From Synechococcus sp. (lineage in GTDB: Bacteria; Cyanobacteriota; Cyanobacteriia; Thermostichales; PCC-7336): a stretch of 18,662 nt of DNA. The notes below the pieces were generated by a model. That model had not been told where the DNA came from. It made no database searches and saw only the letters and a list, made by a program, of their open reading frames with translations. The DNA lies in NCBI GenBank assembly GCA_051439605.1, contig JBFRWN010000053.1, positions 1-18,662 of the forward strand. Direction: 5' to 3'. Positions 8,450 through 17,535 of the stretch are shown here, piece after piece (position 1 is the stretch's first letter; every line of letters starts with the position of its first letter). Made by a program: the position numbers and the translations under genes.

Positions 8450-9340
8450 CTAGCGATCCAGAAAATCCATCAACAGTCGGTTTACGGTCTGTGGAGCTTC
8501 CTGTTGCGTCCAGTGGCCACAATCGTGAATAAATTCCATCCGCAATTTGCGGGTGAAAAACGACTCCATATTTTCGGTTAGCTTGCGACTGAGGGCAAAA
8601 TCTTCCTCCCCCCAAATCAACATGGTAGGGGCTTTAATTTGGCGAATGGGGTTCGCGATCCAATTTTGCACCTGCCGCCAATGGAACAGCTGACGATAGT
8701 AGTTCATGGCAGAGGTCAACGCCTTTGGCTTAGACAATGCCTCTCGATAGACTGCTAGATCGGCCTTGGAAAAAGCCCCTTTTCGTATGGCTGTATCTCG
8801 AAACACCTGCTTGACGACATGGCCCAAATTCAACTGCACCAACCACTCGGGCAACAGCGGCATCTGCATCAAAAACATGTACCAGCTGCGGCGTAACTGA
8901 TCGACATTGCTTAACAGCTCGCGGCGGAAACAGGCGGGATGAGGGGAATTGAGTACCACCAGCTTGCGCACCTGCTCGGGGAACTGCTGGGCCCAGTGCC
9001 AGGCGATCGCTCCTCCCCAATCGTGGGCCACAACAATTGCGGTTCGCTCCCCTAATGCTGCTAGCAATCCGCGCACATCATCCGTCAGGGTATCGAGGTC
9101 GTAGCCGCTGTCGGGTTTGTCAGAGTCGTTATATCCCCGCAGGTCGGGAACCACCACGCGAAAGCGGCGAGCCAACGAAGGAATCTGGTGGCGCCAGGAA
9201 TACCAAAACTCGGGGAACCCGTGCAGTAAAAGCACCAGCTCTCCTTCCCCTTGAGTGACGTAGTGCATGCGAATGCCGTTTGTCATCGCGTAGGCATGCT
9301 GCCAAGGACCCAGTAAGGACGGAGACTGAATTGTTGCCAT
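8450..9340 (-). CDS. alpha/beta fold hydrolase, epoxide hydrolase-like
   Basis: HGFP oxyanion motif, DLRGYNxSDKP, nucleophile elbow AHDWGG (Asp), lid tyrosines (RSWY, NYYR), WGEED acid and GHW catalytic His. Confidence 0.93.
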   Translation of the reverse strand: MATIQSPSLLGPWQHAYAMTNGIRMHYVTQGEGELVLLLHGFPEFWYSWRHQIPSLARRFRVVVPDLRGYNDSDKPDSGYDLDTLTDDVRGLLAALGERTAIVVAHDWGGAIAWHWAQQFPEQVRKLVVLNSPHPACFRRELLSNVDQLRRSWYMFLMQMPLLPEWLVQLNLGHVVKQVFRDTAIRKGAFSKADLAVYREALSKPKALTSAMNYYRQLFHWRQVQNWIANPIRQIKAPTMLIWGEEDFALSRKLTENMESFFTRKLRMEFIHDCGHWTQQEAPQTVNRLLMDFLDR

Positions 9341-9540
9341 AGGGTGTTGCGTGAATGGTTAGTATTCTATTGTAGCCAAAACCACTGGTGTTCTGTCTGG
9401 CCTCAGTCGGTCTGAAACGATGGGGTTGATTGGACTCACCCCGCGTAGAAGTGAAGAGGGGAGTCTCTTCGGAGCTCAGATCTAACAAGCATCGCAAATT
9501 CTCTTGGCAGCATCTCACCCAAGCCCACTGTGCGCTGTCG

Positions 9541-12500
9541 TCACTCGCGAGACACCCGAATAATGTTCTCGGTGATATTCGCAAACGTGTCATCGTGACT
9601 GATGACAAACAGTTGTTTAAACGACTTGATATTCGAGATTGCCTCTGCCAACCGTTCCCGCCTCGGTCGATCCATATTGGTGGTGGGCTCGTCAAAAAAT
9701 GCGACGTCGATATCTGCTAACGCCCGCAGTAACGCCAGCCGAACGGCTAATGCTGCTGCCATTTGTTCCCCCCCAGATAGGCTGGCAAATTTGCGTTTGC
9801 GACTGCCCCCCTCTTGCACCGCAATATCGTAGTTTGCTTCCCACTGTAAGGAGACTGCCGGACGGCTGAGAATTTCTCGAAATAGGCGATCGGCTTCGCG
9901 GTTGACGTTGCGCTGATAGAGCTCGGTAATGCGAGGCCCGGCATCGCGGAAAACGGTGCGGATGTATTTGATAAATCGGCGAACGCGCTCTCGGTGCTTT
10001 TTCTCGACTTTGAGCTGCTCTACCCTCTGGCGTACTGCTTCCAGTTGGGTCAACTTTTGATTGATGCCGTCCAGCTGGGGTTGAGCCGTTTGCAATTGCA
10101 CCTGCAGTTGAGTGCGACGGGTCTCTGCCTCCGCTAGCGTTTGTTTCAACTGTTGGTAGCGTTCCGGATCGAATTCGGCGGCTTGTTTCCGCTGCAGGAG
10201 TTTTTTTTGTTCTAGTTCGAGCTCTTTTTGTTGGTGTTGCACCTGCAGTTGCTCTTTCTGCCGGGATTCTAACTGATTAGCTAAGCCCTGATGTGCCACG
10301 ACAGTTTGAAAGTCCTCGCGATGGCGATCGCGGTCTCGTTGTCTGGCTGCAAACTGGTTTTCCACCTCCTCCGTTTGCGCCAACTGCTCTTGCATCTGTT
10401 GCAGTCGTTCTAGATCGTCCTGTCTACTGCTTTCAATCTGCTCTAATTTTTGGTTCAGGAGCGGACGCTGGGCTAAGTCCTTTTGCAAACGCTCTACCTG
10501 CTGCCGAGGATTTTGCAGGCTGTTCAGCTCGTCCGCGATCGCCTGCTGAGTCTGTTGCATCTCCTCCAGCGTTCCTTGCTCTTGGATGACCCGATCCAGT
10601 TGTTCTTGAAACTGGTTGATTCGAGTGCGGAGTGCTTCTAGCTGTTGACTGGCGTCGCGATGCTCCTGCTGCCGTTGGGGCAGGGTATTCGCCAACTCCT
10701 CCTGCTTAAGGAATTGCCGGTAGGCCATCAAATTCTGCTGCCGCAGCTGCTGTTGTTGGGCAACAGCATCAGATAATTGAGCGCTCTGGACGAGGTAGGA
10801 TTCAACCTGGTTCAGCTCCATCTGTTGGCGTTCGATGGAGGCGATCGCCTGCTGCAGTTGCTGCTGTACCCCAGAATAGCTGCCCTGCTCCTGGCGCATA
10901 ACCCTCAATCGAGCACGCGGATCCCCCAGTTCCTGCAATTGACGATCGATCTCGTCCCATTGCTTGAGGCAGGTTTCTTCCGCCTCCAAACGCCATTCCA
11001 AATCGGCGATCGCTTCTCTGATTTTCACTAAGTGTTGTTGACAATTCTCATGTTCTGCATCCAAATCGGGAAGCTCCCCCCATTGGGTTTGGGCTATCAA
11101 TGCCTCCTGAAGTTGACCCTGTAGGTGTTGCCGCTGTGCTTTAATCTGAGGCCCATCCACCTGCTGGGCCAAGTCTTCAAGGATCCCAGCAATCTGCACC
11201 AGTAACGTTTGGGAAATACTGTGTCCCTGATGCAGTAAAGGGGAGATGGGTTCGAGGATCGATTTCAGTTGCGGAGAATGTTGCGCCTCGGCATGTAGGC
11301 TCTCTAGCAGTTGCTTGGATTGCTGTCGATATTCAGACAGGTTTTGCACCCCCTGTTGATAGATTCGATCTAATTCCTGTTGAAAAAGTAAAGCGGCGGC
11401 AAGGCGAGCTAGTTGAGACTCCAGACGCTCCAGTTGTGCGCGAATATCGGGAATACGCTGAATTTGTGGCTCTAGGGACTTGCGTTGCTCGATCTTGGAG
11501 TTCAATCCTGTCACTTTTCCTTCAGCATCCTCCGCATCTTTGATCCGTTGCTGAAGCTCCATTCGAACTGCTTGGAACTGCTGTTGCTGAGTGTCTAATT
11601 GGGACCGCTTTGCTTCTAACTCTTCCTGCTGCCCCAGTTGATTGCACAGTATTTGGATTTCTTTCTCAAGATATTGAAGGCGCTGCAGCTGCTCCTGAAG
11701 CGTGGCCTCTTGCACCTGCAGACCATTCAGCTGTTGCATCAGATCGGCCCGCAGCTGCATGGCCTCTTGCCGTTTTTTCTGCTGTACTTCTAATTCAAGC
11801 AAGGTCGCCTCTGCTTGACGAACCTGCTCGTACCCTGTTCGGTTGGCTTCCTGCTGTTGGTGCGCCCCTTCGGCTGCCTGCAGAGCGGCCTCGGTCCGAT
11901 CGCATTGCTGCTGTTGGGCCTCCAATTTGGCCTGCCGCAACGCCTGCTGGTGGTGTAACTGCTGCAGTTGAGCCAGTTGCACTGCCAACTGTCGCCCATC
12001 TTGCTCAAGCGCTTGCTGCTGCTGAACCAACGGCTCTAACACAGTCAATTGCTCCTCCGCCTGTACCAACAGTTCCAACCGTTGCTGCAACTGCAACCGC
12101 TGGGTATCAAGTTCTCGACCCGCATCTAACAATTGCTGACGCTGCTCCTGCAGCGCTTGCCGCTGCTTTCGCTGCTGCTCTAACTCTTTCAGAGCAGCCT
12201 CAGCCGCCACAAAAACAGCGTGACCTTCTCGACAAGATTCCACCAGCTCATGAGCCTGCTGAGCTGCATCCACATCCGCCTGCAGTCGCTCGATCTCCTG
12301 TTGCTTGAGCTGCTGTGCCTGGGCACTTTGCTGGATTTGCCGGTCGAGGTCCGCCAACTGTTGGGCAACGACATCTAAAGCGGTAATCTCCCGTTGCTTT
12401 TGCTCCAGTGTTGTCACGATCCGATCGAGCTCTTGCGTATCCCGCGAGATGGTCATCTGCAACTGCTGCTGCTGTTGTTGCAGGGAGTCCCACTCCTGCA

Positions 12501-13089
12501 GCTCGACGTGGCAGAGCTCAAGTTGATGGTCGCCCTCTTTGACCTGCAGCTCGCTGTATTTCTGCAGACTCAGCAGATCTTTATAGACGGTTTGATATTC
12601 TTCGACTTTTAAAATGCCATCAAAAATCCGCTTGCGATCTTGAGGGGGTTTCAGAAAGTCAGCGGTTAACGTCCCCTGCGGCACCCCAATGGTATTCGCA
12701 AATAATTTGGGGAGATCGGTGCCTGCCGGCACCCCCAAGTGTTGGCGCAACCAGCGAATCACATCGGCTTTTTTCTCCGGTTCCAATCGACGGTCAATTT
12801 GAGGGTCGTACAGTCGATATCCCGTTGCCGTGCTGCGTCGCACCTCGTAGGTGCGCTCCTCCAGCGCTGACACGAATGCCACCGTCACTTCGGCGCTGCT
12901 GGCCCCCTCGCGAATCATGTCGTCCACGGTATAGGGGGTGTAATCAAACAACGTCCAGGCGATCGCTTCCAAGATAGAGGTTTTGCCGGCCCCATTTTCC
13001 CCGCAAATGGCATTGGTTCCCATCTCAAACGAGAACTGCCGATCCTGGTGGGTTTTAAAGTTCCTTAGCGTCACCGACAGGATCTGCAT
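9541..13089 (-). CDS. sbcC: SbcC/Rad50-like SMC-family ATPase (1182 aa)
   Basis: L.NFK.H, Walker A GENGAGKTS, Q-loop VPQG, long Q/E/L coiled coil, signature LSGGEQ, Walker B FFDEPT, ISHD. GAGGTGG RBS upstream. Lies directly downstream of the sbcD-like gene. Confidence 0.93.
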   Translation of the reverse strand: MQILSVTLRNFKTHQDRQFSFEMGTNAICGENGAGKTSILEAIAWTLFDYTPYTVDDMIREGASSAEVTVAFVSALEERTYEVRRSTATGYRLYDPQIDRRLEPEKKADVIRWLRQHLGVPAGTDLPKLFANTIGVPQGTLTADFLKPPQDRKRIFDGILKVEEYQTVYKDLLSLQKYSELQVKEGDHQLELCHVELQEWDSLQQQQQQLQMTISRDTQELDRIVTTLEQKQREITALDVVAQQLADLDRQIQQSAQAQQLKQQEIERLQADVDAAQQAHELVESCREGHAVFVAAEAALKELEQQRKQRQALQEQRQQLLDAGRELDTQRLQLQQRLELLVQAEEQLTVLEPLVQQQQALEQDGRQLAVQLAQLQQLHHQQALRQAKLEAQQQQCDRTEAALQAAEGAHQQQEANRTGYEQVRQAEATLLELEVQQKKRQEAMQLRADLMQQLNGLQVQEATLQEQLQRLQYLEKEIQILCNQLGQQEELEAKRSQLDTQQQQFQAVRMELQQRIKDAEDAEGKVTGLNSKIEQRKSLEPQIQRIPDIRAQLERLESQLARLAAALLFQQELDRIYQQGVQNLSEYRQQSKQLLESLHAEAQHSPQLKSILEPISPLLHQGHSISQTLLVQIAGILEDLAQQVDGPQIKAQRQHLQGQLQEALIAQTQWGELPDLDAEHENCQQHLVKIREAIADLEWRLEAEETCLKQWDEIDRQLQELGDPRARLRVMRQEQGSYSGVQQQLQQAIASIERQQMELNQVESYLVQSAQLSDAVAQQQQLRQQNLMAYRQFLKQEELANTLPQRQQEHRDASQQLEALRTRINQFQEQLDRVIQEQGTLEEMQQTQQAIADELNSLQNPRQQVERLQKDLAQRPLLNQKLEQIESSRQDDLERLQQMQEQLAQTEEVENQFAARQRDRDRHREDFQTVVAHQGLANQLESRQKEQLQVQHQQKELELEQKKLLQRKQAAEFDPERYQQLKQTLAEAETRRTQLQVQLQTAQPQLDGINQKLTQLEAVRQRVEQLKVEKKHRERVRRFIKYIRTVFRDAGPRITELYQRNVNREADRLFREILSRPAVSLQWEANYDIAVQEGGSRKRKFASLSGGEQMAAALAVRLALLRALADIDVAFFDEPTTNMDRPRRERLAEAISNIKSFKQLFVISHDDTFANITENIIRVSRE

Positions 13090-13150
13090 CCACCCACCTC
13101 GTCAGACTGCCGATCGACACGCTTCATACATCATTTATATATCTATCGAT

Positions 13151-14428
13151 TTATTCCGCCAGCTCTCCAGCTAGCCCTTTATCTAAATAATCGTACAGTT
13201 GCTCCTCCGGTTCCCCAAACTCCATCATTTCTTTCACCCCTAACAGCACCTTCGCCAGTTCCCCATTGCGTTTTCGATAGTGAGAATGTTGAGCCAACAG
13301 ATCGGCAAACACCTGAGTTTCGATGGCTAGGCGATCGTCCCCTTCGCTGGCGTTTGGTGCGATATCGAATTTTACGGACTCCGCCTCCAGCTTCAACAAC
13401 ACCACCAAGGCGTTGGTCTTGCTTTGAATCAGCCGTTTAAGCTCCTTCAAGTCCAGTTCGTATCGTTCTATACCTAACTGACCGACCAGCTTTACCTCCA
13501 CAATGGCTTGTAGAGATGGATCGACCTTTGCCTGCTCCACCCCAGAGAGCGTGTTACGAACGATGTCTTCAACCGAGTCACTATTTTTTATATCGCAGCG
13601 CAATCGTACACAGGGGCGTTGATGATAATCCATTTTCAATTGAGCCCTAATTGCTTCCTCCGTAATTTCCACTAAGTAAACACCCCGATCCACATCAAAC
13701 TCAGCCACGGTGTTCGGCAACAGAGCCCCCGGATTAAATACCCACCCTTCAATTTCGTAGTTCTTATGGATGTGTCCTAGCGCCAAATAATCGACGCCAG
13801 CTTCTTTCAGCGGCAGAATTTCGGAATATTTCAACGCTCCGGAGTATCGAGACACCTGCCCTTCGAGACCATGATGGAACATTAACACCGTGCTGTGGGG
13901 GCCTTTGGGTAGCTTTGCAACTGACCGTGCCAAGCTGTCGATCGCGGCAGGAGCCACAGAACCGTACCACCGGGAGCCCACCACCCTTACCCCACAGGGA
14001 AGATCGATATAGCTGCCAAATCGTCGCTCTGGATCCCAAGGCTGCAGCTCGAACTCACCTGCTTCCCCGGGAAGAGGTTCCAACAATATGAGAAAATCCC
14101 TTTGTGCCAAATATTTCAGCCAACTAGTGTTGGTGCCATAGGGTCGGTTATCGTGATTCCCCTCGATCGCCAACACAGGAATGCTCGCCTCTTTTAAAGG
14201 TCTTAGCGCCAGTTCCGCTTGATTCAGAACACTGGGCAGGATTGAGCGATGTTCGAATAAATCCCCTGCGATTGCGACAAAGTCTACGGTCTCCTGCAGG
14301 CCATACCGCTGCAAAACATCGTTAAACGTGTAATAAAAGTCTTTGGTGCGCTCCGGACTGTCGTAGCGGTCGTACCCCAAATGGATATCTGCGATATGTA
14401 GAAATCGCGCTTTTGCAGTAAAACCCAT
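13151..14428 (-). CDS. sbcD: SbcD/Mre11-like DNA repair exonuclease (metallophosphoesterase)
   Basis: Motifs HIADIHLG, AGDLFE, GNHD, MFHH, LGHIH and NPG. ATG 14428 is preferred over TTG 14464. Confidence 0.92.
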   Translation of the reverse strand: MGFTAKARFLHIADIHLGYDRYDSPERTKDFYYTFNDVLQRYGLQETVDFVAIAGDLFEHRSILPSVLNQAELALRPLKEASIPVLAIEGNHDNRPYGTNTSWLKYLAQRDFLILLEPLPGEAGEFELQPWDPERRFGSYIDLPCGVRVVGSRWYGSVAPAAIDSLARSVAKLPKGPHSTVLMFHHGLEGQVSRYSGALKYSEILPLKEAGVDYLALGHIHKNYEIEGWVFNPGALLPNTVAEFDVDRGVYLVEITEEAIRAQLKMDYHQRPCVRLRCDIKNSDSVEDIVRNTLSGVEQAKVDPSLQAIVEVKLVGQLGIERYELDLKELKRLIQSKTNALVVLLKLEAESVKFDIAPNASEGDDRLAIETQVFADLLAQHSHYRKRNGELAKVLLGVKEMMEFGEPEEQLYDYLDKGLAGELAE

Positions 14429-15127
14429 GATGCAGTCCCAAGCGACTGCGGGCAAGTCTAACAAAAACTAGCAAACATCCACTCACCGCAGTGAAATACA
14501 AAACCAAACTAGCAATGTTCCCGGTTCGTTACAAAAATTAAATATCATTTGGCCAATACATACATCTCCCGAAATAACAAGAAGGGGACTTCTGGGGGCC
14601 AATAGAGCACATTTCTGCGGGTAATACCGCTAAATCTGGTGCATTATCGAGCTATTTCAGCAACGCACAATCTCAGATCCCCCTTGTACAATGCATCAGT
14701 CATTCATGCTGCAAACAACAGTTTTTTGACATTTCAGCAAAATAATCCTCACTTTCTGAAACAAATCTACCTTGCAAGCATGTTCAGCCAATTTTTGCGT
14801 ATCTTATAAAACCTCAAAGGCAAAGGAAGAGGACTATTTCTATTCAGCGCCTATGTAATTTCTCTGATAGTATCTTTTGTGTAACAAGCTACACAGCCAG
14901 TGTCGTGATTTTACATGGTAGTATTCACGCAAGTTAAACGCTCGCTTCCTACATTGTCTTATCATCCCGGAGATGAAGGATTGATTACAACACTTGGTTT
15001 TAATGGCTGATTGACATCCGGTCTTGAGTTTCTCAGAGCTCCTCCTCACAGGATTCTCCCTATCAAGACTCGACACTTATTTATCTATAACGGTGCTCTC
15101 TAGCATTTAAATCTTTGGTGGCAGGCA

Positions 15128-16225
15128 ATGGTAGCAGTTGAAAATCATTCCCAGTACAACCAGCATGTTGCGGCTAAACAGCCAGTTCATGGCGGAGCTT
15201 CTACGCTAGCGGCTAGACGCTTAACCCAGTTAGAGCTAGTGAATATTCTGCTCGAAGCAGAGCTGATCGATCGCGACCAGTTATCTTCTGCGATGGACCT
15301 GCAACAATCGTCCAATGGGTTGACCATTGGAGATGCTTTTGTCGAGCAACAGATTCTCTCTCGAGAAACTGTAGACTTCTTCATCCATCAGTTTCCAATT
15401 TTAAAGGCCTCACCCAGTTCAGCAAATTTGGGCCTAATTCTCAGGTCGGCCGGTCTCATGACCGCTTATCAAGAATCTGAAGTGCTCCGCTTTCAGAGGA
15501 TGAACCCCAGCTTTCGATTTGGAGAAATTGCCGTATTGTTTGGCTATTGCAAGCAAAAAACCCTGGACTTGCTGTTAGTCAACCTGTTCTCGGCAGCCCG
15601 AATCGTCAGCCGAGTTCCCCATTCCTCAATTGAGAGTAAAGCCAAGCGAGCAATCGATATCGCTGGTGCGTTGGTGGGCTTATCCATCACTGCACTGATC
15701 TTTATTCCTCTGTCTATTGCCATCCGCATGGATAGTTCCGGCCCTGTTCTGTACAGTCAAATCCGCCTAGGGTTGCGGGGAAAGCCTTTTCGCATCTGGA
15801 AGTTCCGTTCAATGATTCAGGGGGCAGACGTTAAACAGCACCTACTCCAGAGCGAAACAAAAGGTCAGTTTTTTAAGCTGAAAGAAGATACTCGCATCAC
15901 TCGCGTAGGTAAATTCATTCGTAAAACTAGTCTCGACGAGTTTCCCCAATTTTGGAACGTTCTGCTAGGAGACATGAGTCTAGTTGGCACTCGACCTCCT
16001 ACTCCAAGCGAGGCAATGGAGTACGAGGACTGGCACTGGAGACGCTTAAACGTGAAGCCTGGAATTACGGGTGAGTGGCAAGTCAATGGTCGTTCCTCTA
16101 TTACTGATTTCGATGATGTCGTCAAACTTGATATCCGATACCAGAAGCGATGGAGCATCCAGCACGACCTTCGGATCATCCTTCAAACCATCAGCGCAAT
16201 TGTGACTCGAAAGGGTGCTTGTTAA
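15128..16225 (+). CDS. priming sugar transferase (monotopic phosphoglycosyl transferase, Bac_transf) with an N-terminal MshEN-like repeat region
   Basis: The C-terminal ~195 aa have KRxxD plus hydrophobic helix, KFRSM, D.RITRVG.FIRKTSLDEFPQ, GDMSLVGTRP, KPGITG.WQ and D..Y...WS..D..I. Residues 36-150 hold four LG..L..xGL-type motifs. Confidence 0.92.
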   Translation: MVAVENHSQYNQHVAAKQPVHGGASTLAARRLTQLELVNILLEAELIDRDQLSSAMDLQQSSNGLTIGDAFVEQQILSRETVDFFIHQFPILKASPSSANLGLILRSAGLMTAYQESEVLRFQRMNPSFRFGEIAVLFGYCKQKTLDLLLVNLFSAARIVSRVPHSSIESKAKRAIDIAGALVGLSITALIFIPLSIAIRMDSSGPVLYSQIRLGLRGKPFRIWKFRSMIQGADVKQHLLQSETKGQFFKLKEDTRITRVGKFIRKTSLDEFPQFWNVLLGDMSLVGTRPPTPSEAMEYEDWHWRRLNVKPGITGEWQVNGRSSITDFDDVVKLDIRYQKRWSIQHDLRIILQTISAIVTRKGAC

Positions 16226-16521
16226 ATACTGCTATACTTACAAATCTCGTTCGGATGATTTGGGTTTATCCAATATGGTCCAGCGAGTCGGTGGTCCCAG
16301 TTATACAAGTCTGAGAACCGAGTAAATCTAATCGCTGATTCACTCGGGGACAGAAAAGAATCTAATTTTTTCGTGCTGTAAGCGTTGCGTAAATGTCTTC
16401 GGGTTCCACCTGTAGGAAGTCGCGTGTGCAGGGGCATTGGCAGCATTGAGGCCGAGGCAAAGGAGATAGCCGTTCGGCCAACTCTCTGTTTGATTTTTGG
16501 ATTTCTCGTTGTCGCATCAGC

Positions 16522-16549
16522 CCAGGACTCATCCAGATATGAGTCCCGG
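16522..16549 (-). other. 11-bp hairpin downstream of the TPR gene
   Basis: The minus strand reads CCGGGACTCAT-ATCTGG-ATGAGTCCTGG (one G-U pair). Confidence 0.5.
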
Positions 16550-16590
16550 TCATAGCAATGTTGACTCTGTTCAAACTGGTCAGTCTTGTC

Positions 16591-17535
16591 TTAGGGCAAG
16601 GCTTGGGCCATTTCGGCCATCATCTGGCCGTGGGTCTTATCGCGCTCGCGACTAATCTGCTTGACCAAGGGTTCCGGCATGCGGTCGGACGACTTTAAGG
16701 AGCGATCGAAGGCTGCAACACTCTCTTCGTAGCGGGCCAGTTTTCGCAGGATCTGTCCCTGCAAGTAATAGTGTTCGGGATGTTCGCAACCACTGCTGAG
16801 AGCCTTATCAATGGCTGCCAATCCCTCCTCGTAGCGACCCATATCCTTATAGGTCAGAGCCTGTCCCCAATAGGCCATGTGTTGGGGCGTACTGGCGGTT
16901 TGGAACTGTTTCAGCGCCCGATCGTAACGAGTCATCATCAAGTCGATGAAACCAATGAAAAAATTAACCTCCGAGTCTTTCGGAGCCATCGACTGGGCGG
17001 AGCGAAACTCAGCAAACATGATGTTGATACTAGGCAGCGCCAGTGGCAACCCCCGAGCAATTCCGTCGTTCACCACAGTGGTGGCCGCTTTCATGCCGTG
17101 ACCGACCCCCGTATACAGATGGCTGCGCAGGGGATCGCTCCCCTTCAAATTGGCCGCTGCATTCAGGGTTAAGTCCGTCATCTCCCGAATTGTGGCGTAA
17201 TCTTCGTGGAGATACGCAAGGGCAGAGTAAGCCACGTAAACCATCGGTTCCTCTGGGGCCGCTTGGCGAGCATCTTTGAGCTGATGAGACAGCATTACGT
17301 AATCACCATTGCAGAAGAACGTATTCATTGCATTGGCAATTTCCGGAGCCATCTCTCTGGCTTCCGAACCGTTCCGAAAGGGATCGGTGTCGCTCGCAAA
17401 CGTAGGGGGGGCTTGCCAGGCAATTGCCCCTATCCCCAATCCCACTCCGAGAGCAAAGGGAGCAAGATACTTGTGGAAACCGTGGTGGATTTGCGGTGCG
17501 ATCGCAACCTGATTTGGAAATTTACGCTCTAACAC
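16591..17535 (-). CDS. Sll0314/Alr1548-type secreted TPR repeat protein
   Basis: Signal-peptide-like hydrophobic stretch followed by DPFR, DPLR.HLY..VG, A....P.D.EVN and TPR helices (YWGQAL.YK.MG.Y.E.L.AID.AL; YYLQGQIL). The exact start is uncertain. Confidence 0.8.
   Translation of the reverse strand: MLERKFPNQVAIAPQIHHGFHKYLAPFALGVGLGIGAIAWQAPPTFASDTDPFRNGSEAREMAPEIANAMNTFFCNGDYVMLSHQLKDARQAAPEEPMVYVAYSALAYLHEDYATIREMTDLTLNAAANLKGSDPLRSHLYTGVGHGMKAATTVVNDGIARGLPLALPSINIMFAEFRSAQSMAPKDSEVNFFIGFIDLMMTRYDRALKQFQTASTPQHMAYWGQALTYKDMGRYEEGLAAIDKALSSGCEHPEHYYLQGQILRKLARYEESVAAFDRSLKSSDRMPEPLVKQISRERDKTHGQMMAEMAQALP

Larger units (their letters stand above)
1262..17505. repeat. dispersed HIP1 palindromes GCGATCGC
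   Basis: Copies start at 1262, 3763, 4639, 5997, 6966, 8434, 9003, 10324, 10535, 10841, 11006, 12959 and 17498. Fewer than one copy is expected by chance in 18.7 kb. HIP1 is a cyanobacterial hallmark. Confidence 0.93.

Noticed and set aside
9129..9720. 188-aa and 96-aa ORFs spanning the sbcC/hydrolase junction
   Set aside because: They overlap two well-supported genes in other frames and have no motifs.
11610..12308. 232-aa Ala/Pro-rich plus-strand ORF and other ORFs inside sbcC
   Set aside because: Shadow frames of the CAG/CTG-rich coiled-coil codons on the opposite strand, with no recognisable motifs.
12463..12480. CTG/TTG trinucleotide run (poly-Gln)
   Set aside because: Mixed CAG/CAA codons within a Gln-rich coiled coil; too short and impure for a contingency repeat.
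9541..14428. SMC-based defence system (Wadjet, Lamassu) interpretation of the nuclease + SMC pair
   Set aside because: The partner is a Mre11-type metallophosphoesterase. There are no kleisin/KITE or effector genes, and sbcC carries several HIP1 sites, consistent with a resident sbcDC repair pair.
14840..15076. 78-aa minus-strand ORF in the sbcD/PGT spacer
   Set aside because: GTG start without RBS and random-looking composition; more likely promoter or UTR sequence.
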